From Eledone cirrhosa (lineage: Eukaryota), in NCBI GenBank assembly GCA_964016885.1, contig OZ024741.1, forward strand, positions 110,174,001-110,238,000: a DNA stretch of 64,000 nucleotides, written 5' to 3'. Positions 56,041-64,000 of the stretch are shown in pieces. The translations under genes and the position numbers were made by a program. How positions within the stretch are numbered: the stretch's first letter is position 1; each line of letters begins with the position of its first letter. Under the pieces are notes generated by a model. The model did not search any database. It was not told the origin of the DNA and worked only from the letters and a program-made list of their open reading frames with translations.

Positions 56041-56291
56041 ACATTAGAACATTAACAAAAAAGGGAGTATAAGTTTGAAGCTCAGCTCCCAAGAGCAATA
56101 AGGAAACTTTGTGCTGTTTTATCTCCTATTAACCAGACTCTAATCATCATTAAAGTACAGGAATCGATATTTTCTGGCAGACATATTGGTTGCAGTTGAT
56201 CATAAGGCGCCGTAGTCGTTAGGGGCTCGGACAGGTTTATTATATATTGAAGGAATTGTGTAACACTTTGTTAGAGATCAAAGATTGAAGC

Positions 56292-56380
<89 letters not shown>

Positions 56381-56559
56381 ATAATATAATATATATGTAT
56401 ATAATATAATATATATGTAAGTATGTATGCATGTTCTTCTGGTTTTATAATTTCACAATTTTTTGCCAATAGAGAGAGAGTCGGTTTCTAACGTATTTTC
56501 AAGACTCTCTCTTTGGAATTTACACACCATCAACTAGGTAGATATGTATGCATGTCTGC

Positions 56560-58390
56560 ATGCATGTGTGTGCAGGTATGGATGTTATTGAATGTGTGGA
56601 TGTGGATGTTTTGAGTTGTATGTGTGCATATGCTTTCTTTCTGTACAAGTGTATATGCAGTTAATAGATTTTTGAAATGTTTTACATATTTTTACTGTTC
56701 CATTAATGGATTGTACTTGTAATTTCCTAACTAGTTGTATTCTTCCTATTTCTGTGAAGCCCAGCTTCTCAAGATTTGTATTGAGGCAGTTACTAACATA
56801 TCCCAGTGCCCCAATAATCACAGGCATAAATCTGAAGGTATAGTCATTAGTTCTGCATAGATATTCTCCTTTTCGCTAATCTTTCATATGACATTGGCAT
56901 CTACTGGGCGGCATACTTCCATTACTGTGCATGCCTACTTTCCCCTGTCCCATATCATTACATCTGGTCTGTTATGCCTGCATTTTATTGGGGTTTTTAC
57001 TGGAACATTCCACTAGTACTCTTTTATATTATGTATATGTGTCTTCCACAATGTTGTAGCTTTTAATGTGTTTATTATCGGGGCTATCTTTTCTGCGGAT
57101 TGCATTGCACAGTGTCTTTGTCACTACATCATGCCTCATAGGTAGATAGTAGTGTGATGCCATCTTTGGACAACGGCTTATGACATGGGTGACATCATCG
57201 ATGTTAATTCTGCAGTCTGCATTTGTTGTTACATCTAGGTGTTTTGCCTGCATCCCTATCTCTTTTGTGAATCAGGTATTTCGTGTTGATTTCCTGTTCT
57301 TGGATTCCAAAAGCGTATCCTTCAAAGTGGGAGCCAATATAGTGGTTGTTGGTCCCAGATAAACTACTTTGCTTATCTATATTATTCTCACCCTGGAGTC
57401 TCTTGGCAACATATCCATGCATTACTTTTTGCTGATAAGAACGCAATTTTTCATCCATGGATTTGCTGCGGTGTTGCTGGGTAACTTCCCTGGGTCTAAG
57501 TTTTTGATTATGACACAGGGAATATCTTTCAATGAGTTCCTTCCCAACTCTCATGATCTTATCTGACTCATGCAGATAGACTTGCCCGATAGACGGGCTC
57601 CTACTCTTCGAGGTTCGTAAATGTTGTCGGAGAGATATGATGCGACATTCAAATGTTGTCTGGACTGATGTTAGGCCTCTGCCTCCCTGCTTACGTATCA
57701 AGTAGAGGAGGTCTATGTCACTGTCGATGTGGAAGTTTCCGGTGTTGTTTAGTATTTTTCGAGTTCTAACATCAATTGTTCGGACTTCGTCTATCGTTCA
57801 ATCGAGTATTCCAAACGTAGGTGTTAGGACCGGCACAGCAAATACGTTTTATTGTGCGCAGAGAGTTCCGATGACCATATTTTTCTTAATCGGGTGTAAT
57901 ATTCCCTGGTTACGCATTCCTTATTACAAATACCATTATAGGATATGTTCTCATCTATCCCCAGCTATCTGTAGCAGTCCTCAACAGATAACGGTGAAAC
58001 AGTTAGGCCATTGATGAAAATGTTGCTAGATTGGGTTGTAGTTTTTCCCCGCTTTACAGTCATATATGTACATTTATCTTGGCCAAACTCCATTCCTATA
58101 TCCTTTGAGAATGTAACCAGGTCAAGATTTTTCTTCATCCCATCTATGTTCTTGGTATAGAGTTTCAGATCATCCACAAAAAAATTATGAGTTAGGTGTG
58201 TATTCCTGTCCTCCTGTGAGCCAATGATGTATCCTTCACATTTCTTGGGCAGAAAGGACAAGGCGTTTAATGACAGGTTAAATAGTATCACAGAGAGACT
58301 GTCTCCTTGAAATATACCCCTGTGATATTCTATTTGATCAGTGAAAATAGAGTCCTCCTTCTCTATTTTTAACTTTAGGATAGTAATCCA
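56560..58390 (-). mobile_element. R4/Dong-like non-LTR retrotransposon (RT, CCHC, restriction-like endonuclease), 5'-truncated and disrupted
   Basis: RGIFQGDSLS, HNFFVDDLKLY, IGMEFGQDKC, GGRGL, CRL...THVISRC, RHDVV, HNRPDV, VIIGALG. Confidence 0.9.
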
Positions 58391-58601
58391 TGTATGTATG
58401 TATGTATGTATGTATGTATGTATGTATGTATGTATGTATATATATATATACACACAGGACTAGAAATGTGGTGATTTCAAACGAATGAAACAGTTCTATT
58501 CCTGTAGAAGTCATTTCTATATATAATAAAGATGCCTATACTCTACCGACGCATTGAGTATCTTCTTTAAATGTGGCTACCCCCAAACACCACACGGGAA
58601 A

Positions 58602-58780
58602 TTTCTTCTTCTTCTTCTTCTTCTTCTTCTTCTTCTTCTTCTTCTTCTTCTTCTTCTTCTTCTTCTTCTTCTTCTTCTTCTTCTTCTTCTTCTTCTCATG
58701 ACCATAGGTAAGGGTTGGCACGAATACCGAATTGAAGATAGCGAGTTTGGCTTTTACACCTACCTCCCTTCTTCTGATTA
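58602..58780 (-). mobile_element. Internal RTE fragment fused to (GAA)n
   Basis: KAKLAIFNSVFVPTLTYGHE directly followed by (AAG)n. Confidence 0.6.
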
Positions 58781-58788
58781 CTAAATTC

Positions 58789-58972
58789 CAAGGTAGTAAT
58801 AAAGTAGAAGTAAAAAGAAAACAGTGAAGTAAAATAAGAGAGAAGACGATAGGAATTTTTAATAATCCCAAAATTTTCGGATTATTAAAAATTGCTAAGG
58901 TAACTTCCTTTCGTCCTCGCTCTTTTGCTTTACTTCACTGTGTTCTTTTTTCTCATACTTTCTTACTACCTT
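58789..58972. repeat. Imperfect fold-back with an inner palindrome
   Basis: caaggtagtaa...cagtgaagtaaa versus tttacttcactg...ttactaccttg; inner tttttaataatcc/ggattattaaaaa. Confidence 0.75.
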
Positions 58973-59071
58973 GACTTTTTTACCAAACACGTATTGTCGG
59001 TCTTCCAAATAATCAAACGTATTTCGTATTTGTATTTGTATCTCATATTCCACAATTCTTCAAATAAACTA

Positions 59072-59113
<42 letters not shown>

Positions 59114-59807
59114 GTATATATATATATATATATAAAACATTTGGTAAACATGCTTACGTGCTGCGGGTGTGGCTGTACTATGTTTTCGAATTCAGAGGAG
59201 TCGATGTCTGATCAGGTGGCGAAGTAATCCTGTGGGTGTTTCAGTCCCTTCCACTACGACACCAGAGCTACACGGAGCCACCCACTGATGTAGTCGACGA
59301 AATTCCTGCACAACAGTACAATCTTAGGTGGTTCATGAACATATGTATTATGTATACATATCTGTGTTATATTGAAAACACGACTGTGCCCTAATTTGAT
59401 AATTTATATTAGGAATTGTTTCACATTTAGTTATTAGTTCTTTAGGCTTAGTTTTGGACAATAGCATAGCATTCCTAAATCCTTGTATTAACGTATCAAG
59501 AATAAGAAATAGTCATACTATATCAACATATAAACCAATAATTAATATACAGATACCGCATAGGTGAAATCATTTATAACAACTGTCATGCTTCAACTAT
59601 TGAAAAAATGGTATAACAGGCGTCCATGATTTATTATTGTTGCCACTGTACTTTAAGACCTCTGTTAAGACCTCTGTTAAGCACGTAAACACTATGCCAC
59701 TAGTATGACGAAGCTGATTCTCGTGATAAGACTGCGAAGGCTTCAAAACGCAAATAGACATATGGATTTCCAAATGTTAAGGTTCAAAACCACGTATATA
59801 GAACTAA

Positions 59808-60146
59808 TAATTGCTTCTACTTTTGGCACAAGGCTAGCAATTATCCCAGTGTATTACTGGTACTTTATTTTATCGACCCCGTAAGGATATGAACTCAGAC
59901 CATAAAGGGCTGTAACTCTTTGCTGCAAAGCATGGCGTCCAGCCCTCTACCGATACTGCCAATCCACCGCCCAATAATTGCTTCTACTTTTGGCACAAGG
60001 CCAGCAATTATCCCAGTGTATTACTGGTACTTTATTTTATCTACCCCGTAAGGATGAAAGGCAAAGTTAACCTCGGCGGGATTTGAACTCAGACCGTAAA
60101 GGAACGTAACTATGCTAGAAAGCATAGCGTCCAACCCTCTACCGAT
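59808..60146 (-). mobile_element. Head-to-tail dimer of Nin-like SINEs
   Basis: ataattgcttctacttttggcacaagg near 59808 and 59974. Confidence 0.85.
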
Positions 60147-60654
60147 CTAATAAGGAAATATGAAAAGCCCTAAATAAAAATAAGAGAAGAGTGGCATTGA
60201 CTTCGTAGTTTCTGGTTAGTTGCTTCATCAGGCATTTTTTTTTTAACAAAATGCAAATGATTGGCTCGTTAGAGCGTCGGACAAAATGCTTTGCGGCATT
60301 TAGTTATGGCCCTTTAAGCTCTGATGAGTTCACATCTCGCCAAGGTCAACTTTTCCTTTCGTCCTTTTGGGATTGATGAAATAATCGACTTTTTCTTTCC
60401 CCAGAAATTGCTGGCCTTGTGCATCAAAATCATCCCACTTCAATCCAGGGCCTTTTAACTCCTGGCTGACCTCCACCACTTTCTGTTTGGCTTTAGTCAT
60501 ATCAGGAGTGTAGCCGTACTCACCATGCTTGGCCAATTTAACTCATAGTTGGGATGGGTGATCGTTAACTCTGAGGAGTTCATCCGCCCTTTTAACAACT
60601 CTTGTTTTTTATGCTGCTGGGGCTCCACGTACCCTCCTCACCTGATAATCATTA

Positions 60655-60689
<35 letters not shown>

Positions 60690-60914
60690 CGCTCTCTCTG
60701 TGTTTGTGTGTTTGTATGTGTGTGTGGGTGGGTGTGTGTGTGTGTACGTACTAGGGTGCATGTATGTATATGCATGACTAGAAACAAGCATACACTTACA
60801 GACACTAATATGCTGGACACGCTTCATAAATATCGGAGTATTTTAATATTGAAGTAAATTACTGTTGCCATATTTACACGGTGTGGCCTCGTGTAAAGTT
60901 GATACGGTGGACAT

Positions 60915-63400
60915 TGTTGTTGTTGTGGGAGGGGGCGGGGGGGTAGTGGTGGTGCTGGTGGTGGTGGTGGTGCTGGTGGTGGTGGTGGTGGTGGTGGTGT
61001 AGTGGTGGGGGGGAGTGGTGGGGTTGAGGTGGTGATGGTGGTAGTGGTGGTGGTGGCGGTGCTGGTGGTGCTGGTGGTGCTGGTGGTGCTGGTGGTGGTG
61101 GTGGTGGTGGTGGTGTAGTGGTGGGGGAGAGTGGTGGGGTTGAGGTGGTGAGATGGTGGTGATGGTGGTAGTGGTGGTGGTGGCGGTGGGTGGTGGTGGT
61201 GGTGGCAATGGTGGTGGTGGTGGTGGTGGTGGTGAGGGTGGTGGTGGTGAGGATGGTGGTGATTTTGTTGTAGTGGTGGTGCTGGTGCTGGTAGAGACGG
61301 CGAGGGTAGGTTTGTTATTGTTGTTGTTGTTGTGGTGATGGTGTAGCAGCCGGTGGTGAGGGTGGGGATGATGGTAGAATTGTTGCAACTGTAGTTGTCG
61401 ATGTTGATGGGGACGATGATGGTGATGGAGGTAGTGATGGTGATAGTAATGGCAATGATGATGGTGATGGGTATGGTGATGATGATGATGATGGTGATGG
61501 TGATGGTGATGATGATGATGATGCTAAGTTGGTGTTGGGGATGGTGATTGTGATGGTGATGGTGATGGTGAAGTTGGTGATGGGGATGGTGATGGCGATG
61601 GTGATGCTGAAGTTGGTGATGGGGATGGTGATTGTGATGGTGATGGTGATGGTGATGGTGAAGTTGGTGATGGGGATGGTGGTGGCGATGGTGATGCTGA
61701 AGTTGGTGATGGGGATGGTGATGGTGATGGTGATGGTGAAGTTGGTGATGGGGATGGTGATGGTGATGGTGATGGTGAAGTTGGTGATGGTGATGGTGAT
61801 TGTGATGGTGATGGTGATGGTGATGCTGAAGTTGGTGTTGGGGATGGTAATTGTGATGATGATTGTGATGGTTATGGTGATGGTGATGGTGATGGTGAAA
61901 TTGGTGTTGGGGATGGTGATTGTGATGGTGATGGTGATGGTGATGGTGGAGTTGGTGTTGGGGATGGTGATTGTGAAGGTGAAGTTGGTGATGGTGATGG
62001 TGAAGTTGGTGTTGGGGATGGTGATTGTGAAGGTGAAGTTGGTGATGGTGATGGTGAAGTTGGTGTTGGGGATGGTGATTGTGATGGTGATTGTGATGGT
62101 GATGGTGGAGTTGGTGTTGGGGATGGTGATGGTGATGGTGATGGTGATGGTGATGGTGGAGTTGGTGTTGGGGATGGTGATGGTGATGGTGATGGTGATG
62201 GTGATGGTGAAGTTGGTGTTGGGGATGGTGATTGTGATGGTGAAGTTGGTGATGGTGATGGTGATGGTGATGGTGAAGTTGGTGTTGGGGATGGTGATTG
62301 TGATGGTGATGGTGATGGTGAAGTTGGTGTTGGGGATGGTGATTGTGATGGTGAAGTTGGTGATGGTGATGGTGAAGTTGGTGTTGGGGATGGGGATGGT
62401 GATGGTGATGGTGATGGTGATGGTGAAGTTGGTGTTGGGGATGGTGGTTGTGATGGTGATGGTGATGGTGAAGTTGGTGTTGGGGATGGTGATTGTCATG
62501 GTGATTGTGATGGTGATGGTGAAGTTGGTGTTGGGGATGGTGGTTGTGATGGTGATGGTGATGGTGATGGTGAAGTTGGTGATGGGGATGGTGATTGTGA
62601 TGGTGATGGTGATGGTGAAGTTGGTGTTGGGGATGGGGATGGTGATGGTGCTGGTGATGGTAAAGTTGGTGTTGGGGATGGTGGTTGTGATGGTGATGGT
62701 GATGGTGAAGATGGAGTTGGGGATGGTGATTGTGATGGTAATGGTGAAGGTGAAGTTGGTGTTGGCGATGGTGATGGTGATGGTGAAGGTGATGGTGATG
62801 TTGGTGTTGGGGATGGTGATGGTGATGGTGAAGGTGATGGTGATGGTGAAGTTGGTGTTGGGGATGGTGATGGTGATGGTGATGGTGATGGTGATGGTGA
62901 AGTTGGTGTTGGGGATTGTGATGGTGATGGTGAAGGTGATGGTGATGGTGAAGTTGGTGTTGGGGATGGTGATGGTGATGGTGATGGTGAAGTTGGTGAT
63001 GGGGATGGTGATGGGGATGGTGATGGTGATGTTGGAGTTGGTGTTGGGGATGGTGATTGTGATGGTGATGGTGATGGTGATGGTGATGGTGAAGTTGGTG
63101 ATGGGGATGGGGATGGTGATTGTGATGGTGATGGTGATGGTGAAGTTGGTGATGGTGATGGTGAAGTTGGTGTTGGGGATGGTGATGGTGATGGTGATGG
63201 TGAAGTTGGTGTTGGGGATGGTGGTTGTGATGGTGAAGGTGATGGTGATGGTGAAGTTGGTGTTGGGGATGGTGGCTGGTGATGTGATGGTGATGGTGAA
63301 GTTGGTGATGGGGATGGTGATGGTGATGGTGAAGTTGGTGATGGTGATGGTGATGGTGATGGTGATGGTGATGGTGATGGTGAAGTTGGTGATGGATGGT
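60915..63400. repeat. (GGT)n grading into a (GATGGT)n minisatellite punctuated by gaagttggtgttggg
   Basis: Direct reading; explains the poly-His and poly-VM ORFs. Confidence 0.95.
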
Positions 63401-64000
63401 TAAAAAGCTCCTCACATATTTGGCAATATGTCAGAAAGTCGTTAAGTGAAATTGAAATAAGTTACTGCCTGATCACTACAGCCCCACCATCGCCCTACCT
63501 CTTCCCTCTCTCTTCCTCTCTCTCCCTCTCTCTTTCTCTTTTACACACACACACAATCTCTCTCCCCCTCTCTCTCTCTTTCTTTCTTTTACACACACAC
63601 GCACTCACATTCTCTCCCTCTCTCTCTCTCCCTCTCTTTCACACACACACACTCTCCCTATCTCTCTCTCTCTTTCACACACACACACACTCTCTCTCTT
63701 TCTCTCTCTCTCTTTCACACGCACACACTCTCTCTCTCACACAGACTCTCTCTCTACATCACTGACATAACTTCGTACATAATCATCATCATCACCACAA
63801 CCATCACTATCATTACCAACCCCCACCACAAGCAACATTATCATCATGATCATCATAATCATGATCTTCGTCACCAGCACCACTATCATCTTCATCATTA
63901 TCCTCACCACCTTTACTACCCCCACCACCACCACCACCACCATCACTACTATCATCACCACCACCACCACCACCACTACTATCATGCCACCACCACCACC

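Noticed and set aside
54087-56072. 661-aa Thr/Asn mucin-like ORF
   Set aside because: Starts inside an antisense SINE, has no signal peptide, and the opposite strand is equally open; a minisatellite
60824-63415. 863-aa His-rich ORF
   Set aside because: Three frames are open over a (GATGGT)n array; no gene context

Overview
Repeat-saturated eukaryotic DNA with no recognisable host gene. The tRNA-head/Nin-type SINEs, the RTE LINE and the dense (TA)n/(CA)n/(GA)n/(TATG)n tracts suggest a cephalopod (Octopus-like) genome; this is an inference. Almost all listed ORFs are microsatellite read-through. The real coding relics are two Penelope-like element (PLE) fragments with GIY-YIG endonuclease, a 5'-truncated RTE LINE with a PHD-type finger inside its RT, an R4/Dong-like restriction-endonuclease non-LTR element and two short RTE pieces. 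The main hidden signal is RNA-structural. Many short elements inserted in (TA)n, often as fold-back inverted repeats, carry type I hammerhead ribozyme (HHR) cores with palindromic stem III. One ~520-nt family (7 motif copies, 27.4-36.2 kb) has all hammerhead core nucleotides in a non-circularly permuted, pseudoknotted order. That model is supported by compensatory or wobble changes in several helices and by a tandem junction lying exactly at the predicted cleavage site. Bases 1-3939 reappear at about 12770-16831 across an N-gap, probably an assembly artefact. All folds were read by eye, not computed.
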